In this document: positions 8,769-19,153 of the stretch, one piece after another
Layout of the letters: each line of letters starts with the position of its first letter
How positions within the stretch are numbered: position 1 is the first letter of the stretch
Sequence record: SRR22947727_1212
DNA length: 56,587 bases
Strand: one strand, 5' to 3'
The notes under the pieces: generated by a model
What the model was told of the DNA's origin: nothing
What the model saw: only the letters and a program-made list of their open reading frames with translations
Databases searched by the model: none
Translations under genes and position numbers: made by a program

Positions 8769-10416
8769 TTTGCTTCTGCTTTTTTTTTAATTGCATTATA
8801 TGAATTTCTCTTACTTTATTTTTTTCAATTTTACCCATAGCATTTAATTCAAAAGGTTTATTTTGTATAATGATTTGCTCTGGTATTTTATACTTAGCTA
8901 AATTTTTTTTTGCAAAATTTAAGATGTCTTTCTCTAACAAACCATTTTTAACATAAAGTCTTACAACTAGTGCCTCGCCCAATCTTTCATGAGGGATACC
9001 ATATGCACAAATTGCGAGGACATTTTTTTGACGTCCCAATACTTGCTCAATCTCTGCACAATAAATATTTTCACCGCCTGATATGACCATATCAGTTCTC
9101 CTATCAACAATGTAGAGATATCCTTGATTATCTATTTTTCCTACATCTCCTGTCTTAAACCAATCACCTGACATACTGGCCAAAGTTTCTTTTGGTCTAT
9201 TAAAGTAACCTTGCATAAGTGTGGCTCCTTTGACCCAAATTTCTCCAACTTCACCAATGGGTAGTTTATTGCCGTTCTCACTCGTGATTTGCACATCAAA
9301 CATTGGAAGTATTTGACCAGCTGCAGAGGGATTAGCAAGGTAAACATCACCAACTGCTTGAGATATTGCTCCACATGTTTCAGTCATACCATAACCTGCA
9401 CCTATGAAAGCTTTAGGAAAGGATTTATGTATTTCATTAAGCAAGTTAATCGGTAAAGCTTGCCCTCCACAAGAAACTGAAACTAATGAAGAAAGATCAA
9501 ATTTTTTAAAAACAGGGGAACGTAGCAAGTCCCAATACATTGTTGGTACGCCTCCAAAATTTGATATTTTTTCCTTTTCTATCAATGACAGAGCTTTATC
9601 AGGATTCCACTTATCCATTATTACCAATTTACCACCATTGATTAAAGCAGTCATAAACACAGCACTACAACCACTTGTATGAAATAACGGAAATATTAAA
9701 AGTGATCCGCTTTGTGGCATCTGAGACTTTAAGCTTTCAACATCAATACCATAACTCAATGCCATTTTTTTAAGAACAACAGCCATAGCCATCTGGGTAT
9801 TCATGACCCCTGATATAAATGCACCGTGAGTAATTACAGCAGCTTTAGCAACTCCAGTTGTACCTGAAGTAAAAAACATACATGCAATATCATCGCTTTC
9901 AGTCTGAGCTGCTTTGAATTGATTTGATTTCTCTGGGAAATTATCTGCAGACAAATATTTACCTTTATAACCCTCTTTAAAAAGAGCATCTAGTCGAGCT
10001 TTATCTCCAATTACATAAACACAATTAGTATCGTTAACAGCTCGAAGCATAGTTTCACCCTTTCCTCGACTATTTATCAAAACTGCAATTCCTCCAGCAT
10101 TAATTATAGCGATAAAAGCAATCATCCACTCGGGTTGGTTCTTCATGCAAATAGCTATCGTTTTACCTTTAATGTTAGTAATCTCTTTTGTTAGCCATAA
10201 GCTGAGCCCGTCTGCATAGCCAAATATATCATCAAAGCTAAGACGAATATCACCCGAAACTAAAAATTCAGTTTCACCAAATTTTCTTGCTTGGTCAAAT
10301 ATTGAGCCCATGCTTTTAGGAGAGTTTTTAAAAACACGAATTGACCCTTTAGATACAACCTCGAATACTCCGCCAGGAGCCATTAACTCTTCAACTATTG
10401 GATCAGCGCTTATCAT
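8755..10416 (-). CDS. Acyl-CoA synthetase (class I adenylate-forming)
   Basis: FTSGTTGVAK, GYGMTE, GWFKTGDVG, SGGENIY, KYKIP, GKIEK. Confidence 0.9.
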   Translation of the reverse strand: MISADPIVEELMAPGGVFEVVSKGSIRVFKNSPKSMGSIFDQARKFGETEFLVSGDIRLSFDDIFGYADGLSLWLTKEITNIKGKTIAICMKNQPEWMIAFIAIINAGGIAVLINSRGKGETMLRAVNDTNCVYVIGDKARLDALFKEGYKGKYLSADNFPEKSNQFKAAQTESDDIACMFFTSGTTGVAKAAVITHGAFISGVMNTQMAMAVVLKKMALSYGIDVESLKSQMPQSGSLLIFPLFHTSGCSAVFMTALINGGKLVIMDKWNPDKALSLIEKEKISNFGGVPTMYWDLLRSPVFKKFDLSSLVSVSCGGQALPINLLNEIHKSFPKAFIGAGYGMTETCGAISQAVGDVYLANPSAAGQILPMFDVQITSENGNKLPIGEVGEIWVKGATLMQGYFNRPKETLASMSGDWFKTGDVGKIDNQGYLYIVDRRTDMVISGGENIYCAEIEQVLGRQKNVLAICAYGIPHERLGEALVVRLYVKNGLLEKDILNFAKKNLAKYKIPEQIIIQNKPFELNAMGKIEKNKVREIHIMQLKKKQKQNDVS

Positions 10417-10433
10417 TTGAGATAAAAAGTACC

Positions 10434-10463
10434 TTCGTTTTTTTATCTAGCATATATTACGCA
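10434..10463. promoter_or_regulatory. Secondary operator TTCGTT-N18-TACGCA
   Basis: Exactly 63 bp from the perfect site at 10497. Confidence 0.55.
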
Positions 10464-10496
10464 TTATGGATAATCAACATAGCTTTTTAATTACAA

Positions 10497-10526
10497 TGCG
10501 TATTTTTTATGTTTATTTTCTACGCA
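10497..10526. promoter_or_regulatory. Operator TGCGTA-N18-TACGCA (perfect)
   Basis: aaTGCGTAttttttatgtttattttcTACGCAtt in the divergent acyl-CoA ligase / SDR intergenic region. Confidence 0.8.
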
Positions 10527-10563
10527 TTTTAAATTATAAGTTACCATATAAAAGGGGAATCTC

Positions 10564-11328
10564 ATGAGTGATTTAAAAGATAAAATTGCTATTGTTAGTG
10601 GCGGCAGTGATGGAATTGGACTTGCCATAGCAAAAAAATTAGCATCGAAAGGCGCTCATGTAATAATATGCGCCCGAAATCAAAAAAAACTATTAGAGGT
10701 AACAGAAGAAATACGAAAATCAGGTGGGAAATGCGATGGGAATGTTCTGGATATAAGCATGGCTGAAGAATATTCACGAATGATAACAGACGTTGCTGAA
10801 AAATATGGCTTAGATATCCTAGTAAATAATGCAGCACATGTTGGCATGGGTCTAATTGAAGATGTCAACCTCGATGAATTTCAGAAAAATTTTCGAACTA
10901 ATGTGGACGCACCATACATAGCCACTAAAGCTGCAATGAAGGCTATGTCAGGAAAAGGTGGAAGTATCATAAACATAAGTTCAATAAACGGTGAGAGAGC
11001 AATGATAGGCATGTCAGGATATGGCGCATCAAAAGCTGCACTTTTACATTTCACACGAAACGCCGCAATGGAAGGAGCTCGTTTTGGAATTAGAATAAAT
11101 TCAATAACTCCTGGACCAATAATGACTCCCGCCACAAAGGCTTGGTTTGATAGTGATCCAAATGCGGGAACTGCCATAGCTAATGCAAATCCGATGGGCA
11201 GAATAGGAACTCCTGAAGAAGTTGCGAATGTAGTATACTTTTTAGCATCTGATGAATCATCTTACATCACAGGTGCAAGCATACCTGTCGATGGCGGGAA
11301 ATCTAATGAACTATACGTACCAACTTAG
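10564..11328 (+). CDS. Short-chain dehydrogenase/reductase
   Basis: SGGSDGIG, LVNNAA, YGASK, ITGASIPVDGG. Confidence 0.9.
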   Translation: MSDLKDKIAIVSGGSDGIGLAIAKKLASKGAHVIICARNQKKLLEVTEEIRKSGGKCDGNVLDISMAEEYSRMITDVAEKYGLDILVNNAAHVGMGLIEDVNLDEFQKNFRTNVDAPYIATKAAMKAMSGKGGSIINISSINGERAMIGMSGYGASKAALLHFTRNAAMEGARFGIRINSITPGPIMTPATKAWFDSDPNAGTAIANANPMGRIGTPEEVANVVYFLASDESSYITGASIPVDGGKSNELYVPT

Positions 11329-11337
11329 GACAAAACT

Positions 11338-12159
11338 ATGAATTTAATCAACAAAACAGCTGTAGTTACTGGCGCAGGTCAAGGAATCGGAGCTGCAATA
11401 GTGAAAAAATTATCAGAAAACGGTATACGTGTAGCTGCAATTGACCTCAACGTAGATAATGTAAAGTCAGTAATTCAATCATTAGAAGGAAATCATTTGG
11501 CTTTGGAGTGCAATGTAGGACAAAGCAAGGATGTCATCAAAACAGTTCGTAAAGCTAGAAAAATATTTGGTAGGCTAGATTATTTAGTGAATTGCGCTGG
11601 TATAGGACAAGCAAAAGGTGATGGCTCAGAAAAATTTTATGCGTCAATGAATAAAAGAAATGATGAAATTGCAAAAAATGGTAAATCAGAAACTTTTATC
11701 GACCATCTGATACATATGGAAGACGAAGGATGGGAAAGTGTTTTAGCAGTTAATTTAAATGGAGCATTTTACGCTTGCAGAGAAGCTGTAAGAATTATGG
11801 CTGAAGATAATATTCAAGGATCAATTGTAAATATTAGCTCAACATCAGCTCAATCTGGTGAAGGGTCACCACACTATGTTACCAGTAAATCAGCACTAAT
11901 AGGGCTAACAAGACAACTTGCTAGGGAGCTTGCTCCCAGGGGGATAAGAGTCAATGCAGTTGCACCGGGGCCAACTAACACTCCGATAATGAGCGGCTTA
12001 CCAAAAGAGTGGATAACCTCAATGGAACAATCTGTTCCACTAGGGCGAATGGCAAATCCCAGTGAAGTTGCTGGAGCAGTATATTACTTATTATCTGATG
12101 ATGCGTCTTTTGTAACAGGATCAGTTTTAGTTGCTAATGGCGGAAGTTATTACTTCTAA
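11338..12159 (+). CDS. Short-chain dehydrogenase/reductase with an insertion after beta-4
   Basis: TGAGQGIG, VNCAGI, YVTSK, VTGSVLVANGG. Confidence 0.9.
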   Translation: MNLINKTAVVTGAGQGIGAAIVKKLSENGIRVAAIDLNVDNVKSVIQSLEGNHLALECNVGQSKDVIKTVRKARKIFGRLDYLVNCAGIGQAKGDGSEKFYASMNKRNDEIAKNGKSETFIDHLIHMEDEGWESVLAVNLNGAFYACREAVRIMAEDNIQGSIVNISSTSAQSGEGSPHYVTSKSALIGLTRQLARELAPRGIRVNAVAPGPTNTPIMSGLPKEWITSMEQSVPLGRMANPSEVAGAVYYLLSDDASFVTGSVLVANGGSYYF

Positions 12160-12199
12160 AAAATAAGGTTTTATAAGCTTTGAGTCATACTAATTAATC

Positions 12200-13489
12200 T
12201 CAATACTCAATTGCCAAAAGTGCTTTATCAAAATCAGCTGTTTTACCAGCCCGGTAAATACAAAGGGATGCAGGAATTCCAGCTAACAAAGTCAAAGCCA
12301 TCGAATAACGAATGGCTTCACCTCCATACTGCAAAGCTAAAGCATCATTGATCCAACCTACAACCAGAACGCCCAAAACCAGGCCAGCGAATGTAAGAGC
12401 AAAAGCCCAAATAGAAGTCCCAGTTGCCCTCAGTTTAGCAGGTAATAAATCTTGCAGGGCAGCCTGCAAAGCAACAACCCATCCCGCACCAACAATACTG
12501 GCTGGATATACAAGCGCTGTAGCTATATTTACATTTGGTGAAAAGCACATTCCTATTGCGAGTAATGTAAATAAAAATAATCCCCCAGCAGACAATGAAT
12601 ATGGAGCCCTAGGGTATTTCGTTGTAAACTTGTCGCACAAGACACCCATTAAAAGTACTCCTACCATACCCGCTAACAAGGCTCCAGATCCATATCTAGC
12701 TCCAGCCGATTGGTTTGAAATTTCAAAAATTCGTTCAAACATAGCAATAGCCCAGCTACCAAAAGCAATAGTTGCAAACCCTCCAAAAAGGGCAGCTATT
12801 GTTATTAACCTAAAAGATGGAGTCGTTATAAGCGACGAGTAGACTTTAGAAAAACTATCTTGGACGGTCTTAGTTCTTATCACACCGTCCAATCGCCCTC
12901 GTTCTGGTTCTTTAACAAGTATTACAGTCAAACCAGCCAATAGTACTCCTGGTCCACCTAGCCAAAGAAAAGTAGTTTGCCAATCATAATTTGCTGCTAA
13001 GGCTGTGCCGCCAATATTTCCAAATGCACCTCCGAAATAAACACCCAAATTCATTATTGCAAAAGCGAAAGCCCGCTTCTTAGGAGGAAAATAATCTGAC
13101 AATAAAGAATATGCAGGAGCCAAAAATGCAGCCTCACCAATTCCTACACCAAATCTTGACAAAGCAAACATCTCTGGAGTTTTAGAAAGACCAGACAGCA
13201 TTGTAAAAATGCTCCATATTACAGCACCCATAGCTATAATGCGTACTCGATTATGTCGATCCGCAAGCCTTGCGATAGGTATGGCCGCTACACAATAAAC
13301 TAAGGCAAAAGCAGGCCCAATAACAAAGCCCATATAGGTGTCACTAACCTGGTAAGTTTGCTTAATTTTTTCCAGTAAAGCATTGGCTAGGGTGCGATCT
13401 GCGTAGTTTATAAAATACAGTAAAACCATCATAAACAATACAAACCATGCGTATTTTCTACTTTGTACAGAGGTATCTAAAAGTTTCAT
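12200..13489 (-). CDS. MFS transporter, spinster-like
   Basis: About 12 hydrophobic segments; NYADR, ARLADRHNR, R.GVGIGEA, SDYFP..KR, KEPERG. Confidence 0.9.
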   Translation of the reverse strand: MKLLDTSVQSRKYAWFVLFMMVLLYFINYADRTLANALLEKIKQTYQVSDTYMGFVIGPAFALVYCVAAIPIARLADRHNRVRIIAMGAVIWSIFTMLSGLSKTPEMFALSRFGVGIGEAAFLAPAYSLLSDYFPPKKRAFAFAIMNLGVYFGGAFGNIGGTALAANYDWQTTFLWLGGPGVLLAGLTVILVKEPERGRLDGVIRTKTVQDSFSKVYSSLITTPSFRLITIAALFGGFATIAFGSWAIAMFERIFEISNQSAGARYGSGALLAGMVGVLLMGVLCDKFTTKYPRAPYSLSAGGLFLFTLLAIGMCFSPNVNIATALVYPASIVGAGWVVALQAALQDLLPAKLRATGTSIWAFALTFAGLVLGVLVVGWINDALALQYGGEAIRYSMALTLLAGIPASLCIYRAGKTADFDKALLAIEY

Positions 13490-15084
13490 TTTTTATTTCC
13501 CTCGCCTAATACAGATCTGACCCATTTGTAGTCTTGTTTGCCTGCTGGTGACCTTTTAAGAACACTCACAACTCTTAACTTTCTAGGGCACTTATAACCA
13601 GCCAATTTTATTGCACAAAAAGTTTTTACTTCCGATAGACTCGGACTTTCAAAACCTTCGGTTAAAGAAATTACTGCGCAAACTAATTCACCCCATTTTG
13701 CATCAGACACACCAACCACCGCCGCATCAGAGATGGATGGGTGAGAGCGTAAAATTTCTTCAACTTCCTCTGGGTAAACCTTTTCACCTCCAGTGTTTAT
13801 GCAAGTTGAACCTCTTCCGTATAGCACCAATGTATTTTTAGAATTGCGTTTAGCGCTATCACCGGTAAGTACCCAAGTTTTCCCATCAATATACTTAAAG
13901 AGCTCTTTTGATTTTAGTTCGTCTCCGTAATAACCTATTGGGGTATAACCAGATTTTGCGAGATAACCTATTTCGTTAATGCCGGCTATTCTGTCATCAA
14001 TTATAACTTGCTGATTCTCGGTCAAAGGCAACTGCATAATGCCTTCCTGCAAGGACATTGAGCCCATACCCGATATTCCCGTTTCTGAAGTTCCCATTCC
14101 ATCTGCAATTGTACATTTGGGCAATATTTTTTTAAACTCTGCTTTTATATGCCGAGAAAATACAGCTCCTCCTGATCCAAGATGAACTAAATTTGATAAA
14201 TCCCATTTTTTAGTTTTAGATTTTAATGAATTTAGCAACGGAATAGCCATAGCGTCCCCCACAATCTGCATTATGTTAACACCTTCATGCTCAACCTTGT
14301 CCCAAGTTTTATTAGCGTTAAAGCCATTCTTCATTGGATCAAGCACTATAGTCATACCACCTAATATACCTGACAAAGCAGTCCACATAGCGGCACCATG
14401 CATTAAAGGCGCACACGGCAGAATTTTCATTGGACTGGCATCGGAAGCGATTTTCCCCTGCTCATCAGGCATTGATATTGAGGGCAACCCTGCATAGATA
14501 CCTCCTCCGCCTAAACATGCAAAAAAAAAGTTTTTATGAGGCCACATTACCCCCTTGGGTAATCCGGTAGTACCGCCAGTATATTGCAATATATAATCAT
14601 TTTCAGATCTAGAGTAATCTTCAAAGTCATTATCGTACTTTAAAAGGTCATGGTATCTGAATTCTTTATATGACAATCCCATTTTATTACCTACACTAAT
14701 GCAAACTTCAAGTGTCGGTATTTTATCAATAAGATTATTTATATATTCAGAAAATTGGACATCATAAATAACTCCTTTGGCCGATGCATTATCAAACAAA
14801 TATAACAGTTCTTCATAGCCATATCGATAATTGATATTAAAAGGCACTGCCCCTATTTTAATTATGGCAAAGTAACTTTCCAAAAATTCAGGTCCATTCA
14901 TCAAGTAAATGCCTATATGGTCACCTTGCCTTATACCCTGCGCATATAGGCCTGCAGCAAGTTTTGAAGAACGTAGGTCTAGCTCCTTAAAACTTACAGG
15001 CCCATCGGCGCTTAACAATGCAATGCGTTCAGGCACTCGATTTACCACGCACTTGAATAAGTCAGCTAAATGAAATTGGGACAG
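13486..15084 (-). CDS. Acyl-CoA synthetase, FadD19-like; probable CTG start
   Basis: YTGGTTGLPKGVMW, PLMHGAA, IVGDAMA, INTGGEKVYPEEVE, RSPAGKQDY. Frame extends 12 codons above the ORF-track GTG (15048) to a CTG with AGGAG 7 nt upstream, restoring F.LADLF. Confidence 0.85.
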   Translation of the reverse strand: MSQFHLADLFKCVVNRVPERIALLSADGPVSFKELDLRSSKLAAGLYAQGIRQGDHIGIYLMNGPEFLESYFAIIKIGAVPFNINYRYGYEELLYLFDNASAKGVIYDVQFSEYINNLIDKIPTLEVCISVGNKMGLSYKEFRYHDLLKYDNDFEDYSRSENDYILQYTGGTTGLPKGVMWPHKNFFFACLGGGGIYAGLPSISMPDEQGKIASDASPMKILPCAPLMHGAAMWTALSGILGGMTIVLDPMKNGFNANKTWDKVEHEGVNIMQIVGDAMAIPLLNSLKSKTKKWDLSNLVHLGSGGAVFSRHIKAEFKKILPKCTIADGMGTSETGISGMGSMSLQEGIMQLPLTENQQVIIDDRIAGINEIGYLAKSGYTPIGYYGDELKSKELFKYIDGKTWVLTGDSAKRNSKNTLVLYGRGSTCINTGGEKVYPEEVEEILRSHPSISDAAVVGVSDAKWGELVCAVISLTEGFESPSLSEVKTFCAIKLAGYKCPRKLRVVSVLKRSPAGKQDYKWVRSVLGEGNKK

Positions 15085-15098
15085 TGTTGTACTCCTAA

Positions 15099-15128
15099 TG
15101 CGTAGTTAATGCGCAACAATACTACGCA
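15099..15128. promoter_or_regulatory. Operator TGCGTA-N18-TACGCA (perfect, 10-bp arms)
   Basis: AATGCGTAGT...ACTACGCATT. A degenerate second copy TTCGAC-N18-TTCGCA lies at 15161-15190 (62 bp away). Confidence 0.8.
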
Positions 15129-15211
15129 TTTGAAGAAAAAAGAAAGAAAAAATAGTAGTTTTCGACATTTTTAGCGTGATTTATTTCGCATTTAGATTAT
15201 ATACTATATTT

Positions 15212-16450
15212 ATGAATACCAACTCATTAAGCTTTACACCAATAAAAATTGGACCTCTGACATTAAAGAACCGATTTATCAAAGCAGCTACGAATGAGGG
15301 AATGTGTAAAGACGGTATAATTTCTAAAGGTCTTTCTAAGTTTCATGAAGAAGTAGCTAAGGGTGGAGCAGCAATGACTACTGTAGCCTATTGTGCAACT
15401 TCTAAAGATGGCCAAACTTTTGTTGATCAAGCGCATCTTTCCAAAAACACTATTGAAGACTTTAAGTTCCTTACAAACGCAGTACACAAACATGGAGCAG
15501 CAGCTCAAGCACAGATTACACATGCAGGTGCGTTTACATTTCTTCCAAAACAATTCTCTTCCCTCAAACCCATATCAGCTAATGGCGGGTTTAATAAATT
15601 TGGCGTTATGACGGGACGTTATCTAAAACATAAAATGACTCGGGATGATATGGATAAAATTTCTAGTGAATTTGTACAAGCAGCTATTCATGCAAAGGAG
15701 TCCGGTTTTGACTCTATAGAAATTCACATGGGTCATGGATATCTCTTAGCTCAATTTATCACACCTTTTTATAACACAAGGAAAGACATATACGGGGGTG
15801 ATATAAGTAATCGAATGCGTTTCCCATCAGAAGTGCTTTCAAAAGTTCTGGATGCAGTAGGAAAAGATTTAGCAGTCACTGTTAAATTTAGCCAAACTGA
15901 CGGCAAAGAAGGTGGAAATACCATAAAGGAAGGCATTGAAATTGCTAAAATACTTGAGAAATCTGGAGCTCATATGGCGCAGTTATCTAATGGTCTTAAT
16001 GTTGAGTCCATTGATACAATGTTTGGTAACCCCTTACCAAAGTCTTCGGTAAAACCCAAAAATTTAATCATAAGACTTGGAATGTTAATGCAGCCAAAAA
16101 GTAATGAACCTGACAAAGAATTCAAACAACTATACTCACTCGAAACTGCAAAAAAAATCCGAAATGAAGTTAATATGCCACTTTGTTATCTAGGCGGCGC
16201 TCAAAGTATTTCCAACATCAACAAGGTAATGTCGGAAGGGTTTAACACAATTGGTTTGGGTAGGGCACTTATTTATGACCCTAATTTAGTAAACTCCCTA
16301 CAAAATGGGAGTATCCGTAATTCTGGCTGTACCGCTTGTAACCAATGCGTAACCTTGATGTATACACCAGGAGGTACCTCTTGTGTTGAAGATGGAGGTT
16401 ATAAAGGTCATGAACCAAAATTAAATACTATACCTGCTTCAAATTTTTGA
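15212..16450 (+). CDS. NADH:flavin oxidoreductase (Old Yellow Enzyme family)
   Basis: LKNRFIKAAT, QITHAG, EIHMGHGYLLAQF, NRMRF, C-terminal CTACNQC-x11-C. Start taken at MNTNS (ORF track gives 15176). Confidence 0.9.
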   Translation: MNTNSLSFTPIKIGPLTLKNRFIKAATNEGMCKDGIISKGLSKFHEEVAKGGAAMTTVAYCATSKDGQTFVDQAHLSKNTIEDFKFLTNAVHKHGAAAQAQITHAGAFTFLPKQFSSLKPISANGGFNKFGVMTGRYLKHKMTRDDMDKISSEFVQAAIHAKESGFDSIEIHMGHGYLLAQFITPFYNTRKDIYGGDISNRMRFPSEVLSKVLDAVGKDLAVTVKFSQTDGKEGGNTIKEGIEIAKILEKSGAHMAQLSNGLNVESIDTMFGNPLPKSSVKPKNLIIRLGMLMQPKSNEPDKEFKQLYSLETAKKIRNEVNMPLCYLGGAQSISNINKVMSEGFNTIGLGRALIYDPNLVNSLQNGSIRNSGCTACNQCVTLMYTPGGTSCVEDGGYKGHEPKLNTIPASNF

Positions 16451-16473
16451 TATGAAGCTAATTGGAGATAATA

Positions 16474-17547
16474 ATGGCAAAAACAAATGAATATGGAATA
16501 GGTCAATTCACATTCCCGCGTGGATGGTTTATGGTCGGAGAAGCGGCAGAAGCAACCAACAAGCCATCGTCACTTCGTTATTTTGGTCGCGATCTAATAA
16601 TGTATCGAGGAGCTTCAGGGCGTGTAGTCATTATGGATGCTTATTGTCCGCATATGAAAACCCACCTAGCTAAAAATGAAACTTCATATGTTGTATTAGA
16701 TGGTAAACAGGTTGAAGGTGATGATATTCGCTGCCCATATCATGCATGGAAATTTGGACCCGACGGAATGTGTAATGAAATTCCTTATTCACCCGCTCCT
16801 ATACCCAAAGCTGCAAAAATTAGAAGTTACCCTGTTAAAGAGTGGGGAGGACTAATACTTATGTGGCATGATGAAGAGGAAAAAGATCCAAATTTTGATC
16901 CCCATCCTTTACCTGAATGGGATGATCCTAAATGGGTTAATTGGAAAGTTGACCACTTAGGAGTGCTTAATTGCCACCCACAAGAAATAATAGACAATAT
17001 GACCGATAAGGCTCATCTAGGCCCAATTCATGGCTCGACCGATATGCAGTACTTCGAAAGCGAATGCAAAGACCATGTAATTCGTCAAGTTCTGGCCGCT
17101 GGGCACCGCACATTAGCAGATGATATAATGACAAATGATACATGGTACACAGGGCCAGGAATACTTCTATCAAGAATGAATGGTTATTATAACTCTCTGA
17201 TGATGATATGCCATACTCCAATTGAGGATGGAAGTTTAAGGGCGTGGCATGGATTAACGGTACAACCACCTAATTTCCCTATGACTAAAGAAGATGAGGC
17301 AGCAGTACCAGCTTTTCAAGAAGGTTCAAAACTTGCTTTACTTCAGGATTTTGAAGTATGGGCTAATAAAGCACCATGCATATCTATAATGCAAGTAGTA
17401 GGTGACGGCCCCTTTGGAAAGGCTCGTGCTTGGTATAAACAATTTTACAACCCAAGATCAGAAACTAAATCACTACAAAGCAAAGCAAATGGCCATTGGG
17501 TAACAAAGGGTACAGAACGTGATCCATGGCCAACTGCAGCTGAATGA
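16474..17547 (+). CDS. Rieske oxygenase, KshA-like
   Basis: FPRGWF, CPH...CPYH, DNMTDKAHLGPIH, QDFEVWANK...GDGPF...R.WYKQFY. ATG 16474 has GGAG upstream. Confidence 0.85.
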   Translation: MAKTNEYGIGQFTFPRGWFMVGEAAEATNKPSSLRYFGRDLIMYRGASGRVVIMDAYCPHMKTHLAKNETSYVVLDGKQVEGDDIRCPYHAWKFGPDGMCNEIPYSPAPIPKAAKIRSYPVKEWGGLILMWHDEEEKDPNFDPHPLPEWDDPKWVNWKVDHLGVLNCHPQEIIDNMTDKAHLGPIHGSTDMQYFESECKDHVIRQVLAAGHRTLADDIMTNDTWYTGPGILLSRMNGYYNSLMMICHTPIEDGSLRAWHGLTVQPPNFPMTKEDEAAVPAFQEGSKLALLQDFEVWANKAPCISIMQVVGDGPFGKARAWYKQFYNPRSETKSLQSKANGHWVTKGTERDPWPTAAE

Positions 17548-17556
17548 TTTAAGTCT

Positions 17557-19140
17557 TTAGTACTCTTTAATATTTAGCACACCTTTGCGAGTGCCAATCC
17601 ACGTATTGCCGTTGGGGGCTATTGCTATACTAGCCCAGTTGTTATTAAAGGCCTCTCCTGTACCTGTAGGAATACGAATAATTTCTTTACCTGTTTCAAA
17701 ATCAAGACCAACCAAGGACCAAAGACGGTCACCATTTTTAAGCAACTCAAAAGTATAGAAGTATGCAATACCGTTTCCCAAAGATAGCTTCGGAACAACA
17801 GAGGGAACTTTTAAATCATTAGTCCAAATCTTATCACAACCACTTTCGTCTTTCCTTACATCAACTCTTACAACACCTCCTACTACATCTTCATAATTTG
17901 TTTGTATCATCGAATTAGTATACCCTGAGTTATTTTCTAAAATTATTGAACGATTATACGCAATCATAGAATTATCAGTGACACTAAAGCCTGTTTTAAA
18001 AACAGGTATTTTACAGATTATACGTTCTTCATCTCCATTTAATGAATTTCGACGAGCTACATAAATATTCATATTGCTATCTGCATTATCGGTGAAAGTA
18101 AGATAATTATCGCCAAAAAGACTGGGTGAAGTTCCACTACCTTGATTTATTGATCCAACTTTTCTTCCGGATCCGCGATCGTACTCAAACCGCCATTGCT
18201 GAATGGGCTGGCCATCCAGAAGCTTCATATGATACATAGCGTAATCAGATACGATATAAGCACCCTCCTTATCTACTGCAAAAGAATTTTGAATTTCTTC
18301 GCCGTTCAGCATTGTGAACAATACTTTACCTGTTTCGGTATTTAGGGACCCTACTCTTCCATTACGCGTAACCCACCACAGTAAGCCATTATAATCAGGC
18401 ATTACTGTTGTTATTCCGTCGCATTCTCCTTTGGGGAAAAGGTTATTCCAATGATAGCAGTCGTTTGGAACATATTTATTCATATCCCAACTATCTATTT
18501 CAACAAATTTCCATGTACCTTTATTGTTTTGCGTTGGCTTTATTCTACGAATTTTCTGCTTGGCATCAGCTAGTACAGCGCGTCCTTCATTATCTAGATA
18601 CATATATGCTCCACCTGAAGTATCAGTAAAGATAATATCGGTATCCCTTTTAACTATTGACTCAAATGTCGAGGGGCGCATTGGAAGGTCATATTTTGCT
18701 AAAAGCTCCAACGTATCTTTATCAAGAAGCTGCAATCGAAAACTAGTTAATCCTCCACAAAGAATCAAAGGGTGACCTTGTTCTATAAATGTGAAAGTTG
18801 CACATTGACGGGCGGCACTACCTCCTGCTCGTCTAGAGATTATTTTTATATTTTTAGATGAAACTGCACTCGCTGGGTGAACATCGCTTTCCCAACTTCC
18901 GGCATGCATAGCACTTCTATCAGTTTTAGCCATAAACGGGTGCTGGGGCTCATTATTTTCCGGTAGATTTTTAAAAATATGGTTTTTATCAACTACTGGA
19001 TTAAGATTAACTTCTATAGTACTCATAGATAGTGGAGTAACAGAAGCAATTTCATGATCCATTATCCATTTTATAGAAATAAATGCCAAGAATAATAATA
19101 AAAATAATGTTAAAAATATTCTAGAAATTAATTTCAGCAT
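17557..19140 (-). CDS. Membrane-anchored exported protein of unknown function (probable beta-propeller)
   Basis: 527-aa ORF with an N-terminal TM/signal and a beta-rich, Trp/Gly-patterned body; last gene of the P450 operon. Confidence 0.7.
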   Translation of the reverse strand: MLKLISRIFLTLFLLLFLAFISIKWIMDHEIASVTPLSMSTIEVNLNPVVDKNHIFKNLPENNEPQHPFMAKTDRSAMHAGSWESDVHPASAVSSKNIKIISRRAGGSAARQCATFTFIEQGHPLILCGGLTSFRLQLLDKDTLELLAKYDLPMRPSTFESIVKRDTDIIFTDTSGGAYMYLDNEGRAVLADAKQKIRRIKPTQNNKGTWKFVEIDSWDMNKYVPNDCYHWNNLFPKGECDGITTVMPDYNGLLWWVTRNGRVGSLNTETGKVLFTMLNGEEIQNSFAVDKEGAYIVSDYAMYHMKLLDGQPIQQWRFEYDRGSGRKVGSINQGSGTSPSLFGDNYLTFTDNADSNMNIYVARRNSLNGDEERIICKIPVFKTGFSVTDNSMIAYNRSIILENNSGYTNSMIQTNYEDVVGGVVRVDVRKDESGCDKIWTNDLKVPSVVPKLSLGNGIAYFYTFELLKNGDRLWSLVGLDFETGKEIIRIPTGTGEAFNNNWASIAIAPNGNTWIGTRKGVLNIKEY

Positions 19141-19153
19141 TTTTCACTATTTA

